Below, in pieces: positions 1-10,123 of a stretch of 64,000 nucleotides of DNA. A program made the translations under genes and the position numbers. Under the pieces are notes generated by a model. It was not told the origin of the DNA, made no database searches, and worked only from the letters and a program-made list of their open reading frames with translations. Each line of letters starts with the position of its first letter. Positions within the stretch are counted from its first letter, which is position 1. Source of the stretch: Candidatus Eiseniibacteriota bacterium (GTDB lineage Bacteria > Eisenbacteria > RBG-16-71-46 > CAZAMP01); the NCBI GenBank assembly GCA_965224245.1, contig OZ245046.1, positions 2,080,001-2,144,000 on the forward strand, given 5' to 3'.

Positions 1-286
1 GCGGGCGGTATCGGCGTCGTCCTCCTCGGTGGCGAGCTGGACCAGCACCTCGGTGTCGGAAAGATCGCGTTCGAGCGTCGTCCAGTCCGACACGATGGCC
101 CGCGAGTGCTTCAGCGCCGCGATGGCGCTCTCCGCGGCCGCCCGATCGTCCCAGAACGTGGCCTCGCCCATCTTGGCGTCGAGCGCGGCGAGCTCGCTCC
201 GTCGGCGCTCGAGATCAAAGATACCCCCTGAGGCTCTCGAGACGCTCGCGAAGGCGCTCGAGGTCGGCGGTCAGATCGGCGGACAT
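1..286 (-). CDS. prfB: Peptide chain release factor 2, N-terminal part (programmed +1 frameshift; 3' end outside window)
   Basis: ATG at 286 gives MSADLTADLERLRERLESLRGYL*, with the site AGGGGG-TAT-CTT-TGA. The +1 frame continues DLERRRSELAALDAKMGEATFWDD..., typical of the RF2 N-terminus. Confidence 0.93.
214..229 (-). promoter_or_regulatory. prfB programmed +1 ribosomal frameshift site (internal SD + CTT TGA)
   Basis: Minus strand reads AGGGGGTATCTTTGAT, matching the canonical RF2 autoregulatory frameshift cassette. Confidence 0.92.
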
Positions 287-322
287 GGGCTCACCCGTTC
301 CTTTCGTGGAAGTCGAGGTCGG

Positions 323-967
323 TCACGAATCCGGCGGCGTCGCGGCGAGCGAGCCCGCGCCGTCGAGGCGATCGCGAAGATGACGCCAGACCTCGCGAGC
401 CCTCTCCTCGAGCGTCTCGAGATCCGAGTCGTTCCAGACGACGACGTCGGCGGCGAGCGCCTTTCGGCCCCCGCTGGCCTGTGCGGCCACGCGCGCGTGG
501 GCTGCGGCCGCGTCGCGAACGGCCCCCTGGCGGGCCACGCGCACGCCGATCGGCGCGTCGACGACGACCAGAACATCGTAGGCGTCCACCGTTCCGGCTT
601 CAACCAGGAGCGCGGCCTCGACGACGAACACGGCGTCGCGGTTCCCGTCGCGGACCCGGGCCAGGCGTGCGGCGATCTCGGCCCGGACGGCCGGATGCAC
701 GATCGCCTCCAGCGCCGCGCGCGCCCCCGCGTCCGCGAACACGAGCGCGGAGAGCGCCGCCCGGTCGATGCGCCCCGTCGCGTCGAGCACGCGCTCCCCG
801 AACCGGGCCACCACGGCGTCTCGTGTCGCCGTCGGTCCACCGAGGAGCTCGTGCACGACGGCGTCGGCATCCACGACGACGGCGCCCCACCCGGCGAGCC
901 AGCGCGCCACCGTGCTCTTGCCCGCGGCCACGCCGCCGGTGAGCCCGACGGTGAGCACGGACGTCAT
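323..967 (-). CDS. coaE: Dephospho-CoA kinase
   Basis: VGLTGGVAAGKSTV P-loop, VDADAVVH, IDRAAL..VF, LEAIVHP. Start overlaps the nadD stop. Confidence 0.92.
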   Translation of the reverse strand: MTSVLTVGLTGGVAAGKSTVARWLAGWGAVVVDADAVVHELLGGPTATRDAVVARFGERVLDATGRIDRAALSALVFADAGARAALEAIVHPAVRAEIAARLARVRDGNRDAVFVVEAALLVEAGTVDAYDVLVVVDAPIGVRVARQGAVRDAAAAHARVAAQASGGRKALAADVVVWNDSDLETLEERAREVWRHLRDRLDGAGSLAATPPDS

Positions 968-1584
968 GAGCCCGGCCGCCCGCGACGCACCGGGGCCCCG
1001 TACAGACCCGCCTCGGCGATGTACCGGGCCACGGCGTCGGGGACCCACCACCTGATCGGACGGCCGTCCCGCACGCGCGACCGAATCGTCGTGGCGGAGA
1101 TCTCCAGGGCCGGGCCCGAGATGAGCGTGTGCGGCGGTGCGTCCTCGGGCACCACCCATCCCGGGCGCGCGTAGACGGCCAGCGTGGCCAGCGACCGGAT
1201 CTCGTCGGGCGCGACCCAGGTGCCGAACTCGGCCAGGCTGTCGCCGCCGATGATCAAGAAGCGATCGGGCCACCCGGCGTAGGCCTCGCGACACCAGCGC
1301 AGCGTGTCCACCGTGTAGCTGACCCGCCCCTGCACCTCGTGCTCGACGACCTCCGCGAGGGGCCACTCCTGCGTCGCCAATCGCACCATCCGGAGGCGGT
1401 CCGAGATCGGTGTGAGCACGGCACTCGGCTTGTGGGGCGGTACGGCCGTGGGCACGAACAGGACACGACCCAGCCGCAGCTGCGTGGCCGCTTCCTGGGC
1501 GAGTATCAGGTGGCCGAGGTGGATGGGGTCGAACGAGCCGCCGAAGATTCCGATCCGACCGCGCGCGCCCCCCGCGCGCGTCAT
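964..1584 (-). CDS. nadD: Nicotinate-nucleotide adenylyltransferase
   Basis: GIFGGSFDPIHLGH, PPHK, SYTVDTL, IIGGD, ISATTIR motifs. Confidence 0.95.
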   Translation of the reverse strand: MTRAGGARGRIGIFGGSFDPIHLGHLILAQEAATQLRLGRVLFVPTAVPPHKPSAVLTPISDRLRMVRLATQEWPLAEVVEHEVQGRVSYTVDTLRWCREAYAGWPDRFLIIGGDSLAEFGTWVAPDEIRSLATLAVYARPGWVVPEDAPPHTLISGPALEISATTIRSRVRDGRPIRWWVPDAVARYIAEAGLYGAPVRRGRPGS

Positions 1585-2393
1585 TGCACGGGCGTCCCGG
1601 CCGCGACGCCGTTCGCCGGCGTACATCCGACCTCGGCGCGAAGCGAGGCAACGACCTCGGCGAGCTCGGCGCGTCCGGCGGATTGCGGCAGCTCGTGAAT
1701 CAGGTCGAGCGTCTCGCACGCGGCGGCCGTGTCCTTCAGGCGCGCCTTCGCCCGAGCCAGGAGCAACAGGGCGTCGGGCAGGAACTGCGACCGGGGAAAC
1801 CGTTCGAGCAGCCCCTCGGCATACACCTCCACCGACCGGTACCGCTTGTGCCGGTAGTACTGCTCGGTGTTGCGGAGTTGCTTCTCGGCCAGGTGCTCGT
1901 TCAGCTCGGCCAGGCGCTCGCGCGCCTCGGGAGCCAGCGGGCTGTCGGGATACTCGCGCAGGAAGAACTCGAACCGCTCGATGGCCTGCTCGGCCTTCGT
2001 GGGATCGCGCTCGACTCCGCCCCGTTGCAGGTACGCCGATTCGGCCACCCCGTACAGCGCGTCGTCGGCGAACTCGGAGAAGGGATAATCGCGTCCCAGG
2101 CGCGTGAACTGGGCCTCGGCCTGGACGTAGTCGCCCGCACCGAGGTGCGCCTGACCGAGCCGGTAGACCACCCGATCGATGAACGCCAGTCCCGGGTGAT
2201 CGATGGTGAGCTGGGTGAGCGCCTCGATCGCGCGGAGCTCGTCCCCGTGCTCGAGCCAGCGCTCCGCGCGAGCCAGCTCTTCCTCGGGACCGACGCGCTG
2301 GACCGTCTTCCCGCCTCCGCACGCCGTGAGCGACGTGATGGCGAGGACGCTCACCAGCGCCCAGGTCGCGTTGTTCCTCACGTCCTCATCCAC
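1581..2393 (-). CDS. bamD: Outer membrane protein assembly lipoprotein BamD (TPR)
   Basis: Lipobox LTAC; TPR-like repeats (YPFSEFADDALY, RDPTKAEQAIERF..F...YPDS). True start may be the GTG at 2381. Confidence 0.85.
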   Translation of the reverse strand: MDEDVRNNATWALVSVLAITSLTACGGGKTVQRVGPEEELARAERWLEHGDELRAIEALTQLTIDHPGLAFIDRVVYRLGQAHLGAGDYVQAEAQFTRLGRDYPFSEFADDALYGVAESAYLQRGGVERDPTKAEQAIERFEFFLREYPDSPLAPEARERLAELNEHLAEKQLRNTEQYYRHKRYRSVEVYAEGLLERFPRSQFLPDALLLLARAKARLKDTAAACETLDLIHELPQSAGRAELAEVVASLRAEVGCTPANGVAAGTPVQ

Positions 2394-2414
2394 CTCTCGG
2401 CGTGCGGCCCGCGA

Positions 2415-3404
2415 TCAGTTCTGGTTCGTATAGAAGAGGTACACGAGCCCCGCCACGATCCCGCTGACGATGACGGGCTCGACGAAGCGCAGCCCGTTGC
2501 CGCCGGACAGCTCGGTCGGTGCGATGCCGCCGCCCTCGAAGGCCGCAAGCTTCCCCTGGGAGATCCAGTCGATCGAGATCGCATCGCCATGACCGGTCTC
2601 GCTGACGACGTCGCCTCCCGGACGAAGCTCGCAGGTGACGTCGACCGCCGCGACCCGCTCAACCTGCTTGCGGCCGAAGAGGTACGGGCGCCGTTGCCCG
2701 ACGTAGCGCAGGTCGAACCGGCCCACGTCGAACACGAGGAGCGGTCCGTCCGCCGGGAGCGTCGCGTGGGACGGCATCGTGCCCCCGGCCACCTCCGCGC
2801 CGGGCGCGGCGATGGACCCCTCGCGCGACATCAGGTGCTCGATCATGGACGACGGGGCCTCGTCGTCCGATCCGTCGTCGTCGCCGGCGCCGTCGCCCGC
2901 GCCGTCGTCGAGCGGCTCGTCCCGGTCATCTCCGGCGGCGTCTTCGTCCGCGTCGTCGTCGCCGGGGTCGGGGCCGACACCCTCGTCGTGCGGCGGGCTG
3001 GTCGGCGTCGATCCGGCTCCCGACGCGGCGGGCGCGGCGCTGCCGGCACCGGCGCCGCCGACCGGAGCCGCCGCGTCCGGGGCCGCCGGCTCCGAGCCGA
3101 TCGGCGTCGTGAGCACGCGCACCTCGTGACCCGCCCCGACGAGCGCCTCGGCGAGCGCGTGACCGACGACGTCGTTGCCGGCGTGCAGTCGCGCCGGGGC
3201 CACCGACACGACGCCACCCGGCGCGAGGGGCACCGACGCCAGCATCTCGCGCACGGCGTCTCGTGCGACCTCACGCATCATCGCCAGGTGCGACAGGCGA
3301 CCGGCGATCATCTCCGACGCGACCGCCGCGCCGTTCGCCCCCACACCCAGCGCGAGGCCGATCGCCGTGATCCACGCGAGGCGTCTGAAAACGTGCTGTC
3401 TCAT
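2415..3404 (-). CDS. Hypothetical exported protein with acidic low-complexity linker and C-terminal TM helix
   Basis: Signal-peptide-like N-terminus MRQHVFRRLAWITAIGLALG; D/G/P-rich middle; C-terminal hydrophobic EPVIVSGIVAGLVYLFY. Sits in the operon between lolA and bamD. Confidence 0.7.
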   Translation of the reverse strand: MRQHVFRRLAWITAIGLALGVGANGAAVASEMIAGRLSHLAMMREVARDAVREMLASVPLAPGGVVSVAPARLHAGNDVVGHALAEALVGAGHEVRVLTTPIGSEPAAPDAAAPVGGAGAGSAAPAASGAGSTPTSPPHDEGVGPDPGDDDADEDAAGDDRDEPLDDGAGDGAGDDDGSDDEAPSSMIEHLMSREGSIAAPGAEVAGGTMPSHATLPADGPLLVFDVGRFDLRYVGQRRPYLFGRKQVERVAAVDVTCELRPGGDVVSETGHGDAISIDWISQGKLAAFEGGGIAPTELSGGNGLRFVEPVIVSGIVAGLVYLFYTNQN

Positions 3405-3463
3405 AGAGCGCGACCTCGATCTCCGGTTGTCGGCGCGACGCGCCCGGGGCGCGCGACCGGTGC

Positions 3464-4171
3464 TCACTCGATCTCCACGACGTCCACCCCGTCCGGCGGC
3501 TCGAACGTGAACCGGTCGGGCTCCACGGTCACGTTCGGCGTCGATCGGAGGATCCGATAGTCGGACACGTTGCCGTCCCAGTCGGTCCAGACGAAACGAC
3601 GGGCCAGCGCCGAGGGACGATCGACCTCCACGCGAAGCTCCCGGATGCCGAGATCCTCCTCCGGCTCGAGCGTCAGCTCGACGTACTCGTCGGCCCACTC
3701 GACCTCGCGCACCCGATGCCCGGCCAGGAAGTCGAGGAACAGGCGGGCGACGGCGTCGCCCTGGCGATCCACGCGGGACTTCAACACCTGGCCGCTCTCC
3801 GGAACGTACGTCCACATCCAGGTGCCGTCGGACACGAGACGATGCCCCGGCGGCTCGGAGTACGCGATCGCGACGTGTCCGGCAGCGTCCACCCACAGCT
3901 CGCCCCGGTAGGGATCGGAGGCCTCGAGGAGCTCCCACTCGTTGACCTGCGTGAAGGCGGCCCACAGGGTCCGGATGTCCGAGTAGGTGTCGCGGACACG
4001 ATCCAGGAACGCATCGGTGACGGGATCGGGGTCGGCGGCGCCGGCCGGAATCGCGTCGGAGACGCCGTGCCCACCACCGTCCGCGGCGAGAGCGGCGACG
4101 GGCCCGCCCACGACCAGCAGCAGGGCCGCCGAGACGGCTGCCCCCGATAAGCGTAAGTCCCTTCTAGACAA
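3464..4171 (-). CDS. lolA: Outer membrane lipoprotein carrier protein LolA
   Basis: TLWAAFTQ, GELWV, LVSDGTWMWTYVPESGQV, C-terminal FTFEPPDGVDVV; directly follows ftsK. TTG start inferred. Confidence 0.85.
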   Translation of the reverse strand: MSRRDLRLSGAAVSAALLLVVGGPVAALAADGGGHGVSDAIPAGAADPDPVTDAFLDRVRDTYSDIRTLWAAFTQVNEWELLEASDPYRGELWVDAAGHVAIAYSEPPGHRLVSDGTWMWTYVPESGQVLKSRVDRQGDAVARLFLDFLAGHRVREVEWADEYVELTLEPEEDLGIRELRVEVDRPSALARRFVWTDWDGNVSDYRILRSTPNVTVEPDRFTFEPPDGVDVVEIE

Positions 4172-6617
4172 TACCTTGCTCTTCCAGGTAGTCGATGTCG
4201 ACGAGGACGTCGCGCGCCTTGCTACCCTCATAACCCGTCACGATACCGGCCTGCTCCAACTGATCCATCAGCCGCCCGGCCCGGGCGTAGCCGATCTTGA
4301 GCCGGCGCTGCAGGAAGGACGTCGAGGCCTGCCCCTGGAGCACGACGAGCCGAGCCGCCTCTCCGAACAGGGAGTCGATCTCATCGTCGACCTCGCCCGG
4401 CGCCGCCGCCTTCTCTTCGATGTCGATCGGATCGACGCTGGAGGAGAAGCCTCGCAGGTACCGGCAGATGGCCTCGATGTCCTCGTCGGGCAGGAACGCC
4501 CCGTGCAACCTCAGTGGCACCGAGCTCCCCGACGGCATATACAGCATGTCGCCGCGTCCGACCAGGCTCTCGGCGCCGTTCTGGTCCAGGATGGTACGGG
4601 AGTCGGTTCGCTGGGCAACCTGAAACGCGATCCGGGCCGGAAAGTTCGCCTTGATGACGCCCGTCAGCACGTCGACCGACGGCCGCTGCGTGGCCAGAAC
4701 CAGGTGGATGCCCACCGCGCGCGCCATCTGGGCCAGCCGCGCGATCGGCGCCTCGACCTCGGACGCGGTGGTCATCATGAGGTCGGCCAGCTCGTCCACG
4801 ATGCAGACGATGTACGGCATCCACTCGGGCGGAACCTCCTCGTCGTTCCGGGCCTTTCGCGGCTTCCCGTTCTCGTAGTAGCGCTCGTGGTACGACTTGA
4901 TGTTTCGGACACCTTTGCCGGACAGGAGGCGGTAGCGGCGCTCCATCTCGCGGACCAGCCAGTTGAGCGCCTTGGTGGCCTCCTTGGGCTCGGTGACGAC
5001 CGGCAGCGCGAGGTGCGGGATGTTGTTGTAGCCCGTCAGCTCGAGCATCTTCGGATCGATCAGGATCAGGCGCAGATCCTCGGGCCGGTGCCGGAAGAGC
5101 AAGCTGGCGATGAGCGTGTTCACGCACACCGATTTCCCCGATCCCGTGGTGCCGGCCACCAGCAGATGCGGCATCGTCTCCAGATGATCGGCAAACGGAC
5201 GGCCCGCCGCGTCCTTGCCGAGCGCGAGCGTGAGCACGCCGAGAGGCTCGGTGAACACCGGCGACGTCATGACGTCGGTGAAGTGGATCAGCTCGCGCTC
5301 GTCGTTGGGGATCTCGATGCCCACGGCGGCCTTTCCCGGCACGCGGGTCAGGATGCGAACGCGATCGGTGCGAAGCGCCAGCGCAATGTCGTCCTCGCGG
5401 CTGACGATCTGATTGACCTTCACCCCCGGCGCCGGCTCGAAGTCGTACCGGGTGATGACGGGGCCGGGGTGAACCTCGGAGATTCGGCCGCGGATTCCGA
5501 ACTCCTCGAGCGTGCGGCGCAGGGTCTCCGACAGACTGAGGATCGCCTGGCGATCGGTGCGCATCCTGGACGGCGGGGGTGTGGACAGGAGCGAGACCGG
5601 GGGCGGGCGGTACTCCGAGGCCGGACGCTTTCGCACCTCCTCGTCGCGCCGCACCTTGCGTGCCGGCGTGCGAGGCGAAACGTCCGACGCGGAGGGAAGC
5701 GGCTCGGGCTCGACGATCCCCGGTGGCGCATCGTCGAGGGGATCCTGCGCGCCGGGATCGGGCGGAGTGCCCTCTTCGGGCTGGGTTCCGGCAGACCGGG
5801 ACGTGCCGGCACCGTTGGTCCTCTCCCCGATCGCCGCGCCACCTGCGAGCGCATCGACGCCGGCCTCGCCAGCGGACGGCTCGGGTGCCACGGATCGAAT
5901 GGGCCGGGTCGCCGCCGCCCGGGACGCAGCGGCGGCGAGCTCGCGCCGGCGGGCCAACGCATCGGCGGCCGCGCGCCGGCGGGCCTCTCGGCGCTCTTCG
6001 CGCATCGCCGCCAGCGCCCGGCGGCGGCCGGCGAGCCAGCCCGCCACCGTGGCCAGCTCGTCGACGAGACGGAGCCGGAGCGCCGAGGTGAGCGTGAGGA
6101 CCCGGCGACCCACCGGATCGAGTCTCCCCGCGAGCCGGCCGAGCCGCAGAACGTCGCCGGCCAGAATGGCGGCCGCGATGATGATGGCGACGACCGCGAT
6201 CCAGGCGCCCGCCCGCCCCACGACGCGTGTGAGGCCGGTGGCGACCAGGTCCCCGTAGGCGCCACCGGCGCCCGCGGACGCCAGAGCCGAGATCGGCGGC
6301 CACCCGAGGACGACGCCGACGAGGATGTTCCGGACGCGCGTGACGGGGGCCCCGGCCACCAGGCCGACCCCGACGATCGCCACGGCCAGGGGAAGCGCCG
6401 GCGCCGCCACCCCGCCGAGCACGTGCAGCGTGAAGCGGGCCAGGTACAGTCCGGCCGAGCCGGTCACGTCCGGAGGAAGTGCCGGAATGCGCAACGTCTG
6501 CACCGCGACGTCGGAGACGCTCACGAGCGCGAGCAGCCAGAACGACGCGATCGCGACCGCGAGAACGCCCGCCAGTCTCACGTCTCGCGGGTGCGCTCGT
6601 CTTCGTGACCCTGCCAC
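4164..6617 (-). CDS. ftsK: DNA translocase FtsK
   Basis: N-terminal TM helices, GPVITRY, MPHLLVAGTTGSGKSV, IDPKMLEL, LATQRPSVDV, gamma domain STSFLQRRLKIGYARAGR. Confidence 0.97.
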   Translation of the reverse strand: MAGSRRRAHPRDVRLAGVLAVAIASFWLLALVSVSDVAVQTLRIPALPPDVTGSAGLYLARFTLHVLGGVAAPALPLAVAIVGVGLVAGAPVTRVRNILVGVVLGWPPISALASAGAGGAYGDLVATGLTRVVGRAGAWIAVVAIIIAAAILAGDVLRLGRLAGRLDPVGRRVLTLTSALRLRLVDELATVAGWLAGRRRALAAMREERREARRRAAADALARRRELAAAASRAAATRPIRSVAPEPSAGEAGVDALAGGAAIGERTNGAGTSRSAGTQPEEGTPPDPGAQDPLDDAPPGIVEPEPLPSASDVSPRTPARKVRRDEEVRKRPASEYRPPPVSLLSTPPPSRMRTDRQAILSLSETLRRTLEEFGIRGRISEVHPGPVITRYDFEPAPGVKVNQIVSREDDIALALRTDRVRILTRVPGKAAVGIEIPNDERELIHFTDVMTSPVFTEPLGVLTLALGKDAAGRPFADHLETMPHLLVAGTTGSGKSVCVNTLIASLLFRHRPEDLRLILIDPKMLELTGYNNIPHLALPVVTEPKEATKALNWLVREMERRYRLLSGKGVRNIKSYHERYYENGKPRKARNDEEVPPEWMPYIVCIVDELADLMMTTASEVEAPIARLAQMARAVGIHLVLATQRPSVDVLTGVIKANFPARIAFQVAQRTDSRTILDQNGAESLVGRGDMLYMPSGSSVPLRLHGAFLPDEDIEAICRYLRGFSSSVDPIDIEEKAAAPGEVDDEIDSLFGEAARLVVLQGQASTSFLQRRLKIGYARAGRLMDQLEQAGIVTGYEGSKARDVLVDIDYLEEQGIV

Positions 6618-6626
6618 GGACGGCCT

Positions 6627-7799
6627 CTAGTTGCCGGCGACCGAGGTCAACCGTTCCGCGGACTTCCTGATGGCGTCTTTCCTGTCGGTGGCTTCCCAGG
6701 TGAAGCTGTCCAGCTCGCGTCCGAAATGACCGTAGGCCGCGGTCCGACGATAGATCGGCCGCCACAGGTCGAGCATCTGGATGATGCCCGCCGGTGTCAG
6801 CTGGAAGTGCTCGCGTACGATCTGCTCGAGCGACGCGTCGGGCACGACACCGGTCCCCAGCGTGTCGACCATCACCGAGACCGGTTCGGCCACCCCGATC
6901 GCATACGCGAGCTGCACCTCGCACCGGCGGCACAGTCCGGCCGCGACGAGGTTCTTGGCCACGTAGCGGGCGGCGTAGCAAGCGGATCGGTCGACCTTGG
7001 TCGGGTCCTTCCCGCTGAACGCCCCACCGCCGTGCCGGCCCCACCCGCCGTACGTGTCGACGATGATCTTGCGTCCCGTGAGCCCCGTGTCGGCCTTGGG
7101 CCCGCCCTCGACGAACCGGCCGGTCGGATTGATGTGATAGACGACGTCGTCGTGAACGAGCGCGTCGGGCAGACACGGCTTGATCACCTCTTCACGGATC
7201 GCCTCGGTGAGCGCGTTCGTCGAGATGCTCGGCGCGTGCTGCGTGGACACCACCACGGTGTGCACCCGGCGTGGTCGTCCGTCGTCACCATACTCGATCG
7301 TGACCTGGCTCTTGCCGTCGGGACGCAGCCAGGAGAGGGTGCCGTCCTTTCGCAGATCCGCGAGGCGATGGGTGATGCGATGCGCGATCAGAATCGGCGT
7401 CGGCATCAGCTCGTCGGTCTCGTCGGATGCGTAGCCGAACATCAAGCCCTGGTCGCCGGCACCGATCCCGTCGCTGCCGTCCACGCCCATCGCGATGTCC
7501 GGGGACTGCGCGTCGATGCTCGTGAGCACGGCGCAGGTGTCGGCGTCGAATCCGTAGTCGGCGTCGGTGTAGCCGATCTCGCGGATCACCCGCCGCACGA
7601 CCTCGGGGATCTCGACGTAGCCGTTGGTGCGGATCTCGGCCGAGATGAACGCCAGACCCGTGGTCACCAGCGTCTCGCAGGCCACGCGCGCGTTCTCGTC
7701 CTGCCCGATGATCTCGTCGAGAATGCCGTCGGAAACCTGGTCGGACACCTTGTCGGGATGTCCTTCGGTCACCGATTCCGACGTAAACAGAAAGCTCAT
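6627..7799 (-). CDS. metK: S-adenosylmethionine synthetase
   Basis: [35 protein letters not shown]. Confidence 0.98.
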   Translation of the reverse strand: MSFLFTSESVTEGHPDKVSDQVSDGILDEIIGQDENARVACETLVTTGLAFISAEIRTNGYVEIPEVVRRVIREIGYTDADYGFDADTCAVLTSIDAQSPDIAMGVDGSDGIGAGDQGLMFGYASDETDELMPTPILIAHRITHRLADLRKDGTLSWLRPDGKSQVTIEYGDDGRPRRVHTVVVSTQHAPSISTNALTEAIREEVIKPCLPDALVHDDVVYHINPTGRFVEGGPKADTGLTGRKIIVDTYGGWGRHGGGAFSGKDPTKVDRSACYAARYVAKNLVAAGLCRRCEVQLAYAIGVAEPVSVMVDTLGTGVVPDASLEQIVREHFQLTPAGIIQMLDLWRPIYRRTAAYGHFGRELDSFTWEATDRKDAIRKSAERLTSVAGN

Positions 7800-7955
7800 T
7801 TAGCACTCCCTCGGCGGGGGTGAGCGACTCGGGGCCAGCGAACGCACGACACACGGCGCCACGACGTGACCGACGGCGACGAGACGCGTTCTCCAGGGAA
7901 GGATCCGACCCGGATGTGGCACTAGCAGCCAGAGGCGGGCCGTGACCGACCCGGT

Positions 7956-7984
7956 AATGTACGGATGCGTCGAACGCCTGTCAA
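7956..7984 (-). promoter_or_regulatory. Sigma70-type promoter for metK
   Basis: TTGACA-17 nt-TACATT on the minus strand in the ptsI-metK intergenic region. Confidence 0.7.
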
Positions 7985-8010
7985 CGGGCGCCTCCGGCTG
8001 CGGGCGCGCG

Positions 8011-9810
8011 TCAGAGCCCTCGGACCGCGGCCAGCTCGGGGAAACGGTCGGCCAGGAAACCGCCGAGGAGCGACGCGACGTCCGCGGCGGTCGACATCCG
8101 CACCGCGCGAGTGGCCACGTCCCGGCTCTCGGCGTAGGAGATGGTGCGGATCACCTGCTTCACCTCGGGCAGTAGCGAGGGCGTCATCGACAGATCGTCG
8201 ATCCCCAGCCCCACCAGGAGCACGGTGGCCAGCGTGTCCGCCGCGAGCTCGCCGCACAGGCTGACCCGGCAGCCCTCCCGGTGGGCGGCCTCGACGGTGG
8301 CGTGAATGGCCCGGAGCACGCTCGGGTGCAGCGGATTGAACAGATAGCCGAGCTTGGCGTTGGTGCGATCGACGGCCAGCGCATACTGAGTCAGGTCGTT
8401 GGATCCGATGGAGAAAAAGTCCACCGAGCGAGCCAGCACGTCCGCCATCAGCACCGCGGCCGGCGTCTCGATCATGATCCCGATCGTGACGTGCCGATCG
8501 AACTCCACCCCCGCGTTCGTGAGCTCCTGCATCACCGCGTCGAGATGTTCGCGCACGCGATCGAGCTCCTCGGGCGTCGTGATCATGGGGAACAGGAGGC
8601 GGACCGGGCCGAACGCGCTCGCCCGGAGCGCGGCGCGCAGCTGCGCGCGGAACACGTCCTCGTGTCCCAGGAGATAGCGAATCCCCCGGAGTCCGAGAAA
8701 CGGGTTCTTCTCTCGATCGGCGCCGATGTACGACGCGAACTTGTCGCCGCCGACGTCGAGCGTCCGGATCACCACCGGCTTGGGCGACAGCAGCTCGAGC
8801 GCCCGCCGGTAGATCGCGAACTGCTCGTCCTCGGACGCGAGGTGCGCGCGCTGCATCAACAGGAACTCGGTGCGGAACAGTCCGACGCCGCTGGCCCCGT
8901 AGCGATGCACGGCGTCGATCTCGAGCGGCATCTCGATGTTCGCCAGGAGGTGGATCTCGCGCCCGTCGGTGGTGACCGACGGCATCTCGCGTGACAGCTC
9001 CAGACGATCCATCATCTCGGCGTAGTGACGGCGCACGCGTTCGTACCGGCGCTCGTCCTCGTCGGTGGGATCGAGGATCAGCCGACCCCGCCAGCCGTCG
9101 AGGATCGCGCGACCACCGGCCGCGGTCTCGTCCAGAAGGTTCTCGATGCCGAACACGGCGGGTAGCCCGCGCGCGCGGGCCATGATCGCGGCGTGCGCGG
9201 TGGCGCCGCCCCGCTCGGTCGCGAGCCCCCGCGCGCTCGTGCCCGCGACCGCCACCGTGTCGCCGGGAGTCAGCTCGCGTGCGACGATGATGGCATCCTC
9301 GGCCGACACGGTGAGCCCGTCACGATCGTCCTCGGCCAGCCGCCGCAGGACGCGCCGCTTGACGTCGCGGATGTCGGCCGCGCGCTCGCGAAACAGCCCG
9401 CTCTGCATGCGATCGAACGTCTCGAGCACGCGGAGCACGTTCTGACGGAAGGCATACCCGGCGTTCCGGCGATGCTCTCGGATGTCGGTCTCGGTCGCAT
9501 CGATGGCCAGGGGGTCGCTCAGGATCATCAGCTGTGCATCGAAGATCTCGGCGGACTCCGCCCCCAGCTCCTCCACCATCGCGTCGCGCAGGCCCGAGAT
9601 CTCGTCGATGACGGCGCCCACCGCGGCCCGGAAGCGATCGATCTCCGCGTCGACGCCGTCGGCCTCGATCAGGAACTCGCCCACCACGACCTCGTTGGGC
9701 TCGGCGGTCGCGATGTCGCCGATGGCGATCCCGGGGGAAACCGCGATGCCGTGAAGCACGCGCCGGCCGCTGCCGGCGCCCCCGGCTCCGGGAGTGACGC
9801 CGGCGGTCAC
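8011..9810 (-). CDS. ptsI: PTS enzyme I (phosphoenolpyruvate-protein phosphotransferase)
   Basis: GGATAHAAIMAR phospho-His motif, GVGLFRTEF, EKNPFLGLRGIR, DFFSIGSNDLTQY, CGE. Confidence 0.96.
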   Translation of the reverse strand: MTAGVTPGAGGAGSGRRVLHGIAVSPGIAIGDIATAEPNEVVVGEFLIEADGVDAEIDRFRAAVGAVIDEISGLRDAMVEELGAESAEIFDAQLMILSDPLAIDATETDIREHRRNAGYAFRQNVLRVLETFDRMQSGLFRERAADIRDVKRRVLRRLAEDDRDGLTVSAEDAIIVARELTPGDTVAVAGTSARGLATERGGATAHAAIMARARGLPAVFGIENLLDETAAGGRAILDGWRGRLILDPTDEDERRYERVRRHYAEMMDRLELSREMPSVTTDGREIHLLANIEMPLEIDAVHRYGASGVGLFRTEFLLMQRAHLASEDEQFAIYRRALELLSPKPVVIRTLDVGGDKFASYIGADREKNPFLGLRGIRYLLGHEDVFRAQLRAALRASAFGPVRLLFPMITTPEELDRVREHLDAVMQELTNAGVEFDRHVTIGIMIETPAAVLMADVLARSVDFFSIGSNDLTQYALAVDRTNAKLGYLFNPLHPSVLRAIHATVEAAHREGCRVSLCGELAADTLATVLLVGLGIDDLSMTPSLLPEVKQVIRTISYAESRDVATRAVRMSTAADVASLLGGFLADRFPELAAVRGL

Positions 9811-10121
9811 GACGCCCGCCCTTCGGCGGCTCGCGACTTCTCGACGTCGAGGACCTCGTCGTCGAACTCCGAGGCGAACAGACGCTCGATCGCACCGACG
9901 GCCAGCTCCTCGTCCTCGCCGTCCGCGGAGATCGTCAGACGCGTGCCCGTGATCGCGGCCAGCATCAGGATGCCCATGATGCTCTTGCAGTCGACGCTCT
10001 GGTTGGCGCCGTCGGTCAGTGCGATGCGGCTCCGGAAGCGCGCGGCCAGGCTGGCCAGCATGCTCGCCGGGCGCGTGTGGAGCCCGGGGTCGTTCAGGAC
10101 GACGACGTCTCGCTCAACCAT
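9807..10121 (-). CDS. ptsH: Phosphocarrier protein HPr
   Basis: GLHTRPA (His15 motif) and DCKSIMGILML (Ser46 motif). Confidence 0.95.
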   Translation of the reverse strand: MVERDVVVLNDPGLHTRPASMLASLAARFRSRIALTDGANQSVDCKSIMGILMLAAITGTRLTISADGEDEELAVGAIERLFASEFDDEVLDVEKSRAAEGRAS

Positions 10122-10123
10122 CG

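Noticed and set aside
29-1174. 381-aa plus-strand ORF, or prfB read as a pseudogene
   Set aside because: The region is explained by minus-strand prfB (programmed frameshift), coaE and nadD.
7800-7826. TTAGCACTC, a perfect CIRCE (HrcA) half-site at the metK start
   Set aside because: The second half after the 9-nt spacer is GGGTGAGCG, not GAGTGCTAA. The match is explained by the SD and start-codon context.
7800-7955. Known SAM riboswitch (SAM-I/II/III/V) upstream of metK
   Set aside because: I could not find the conserved cores of these classes by eye; kept only as a finding to test.
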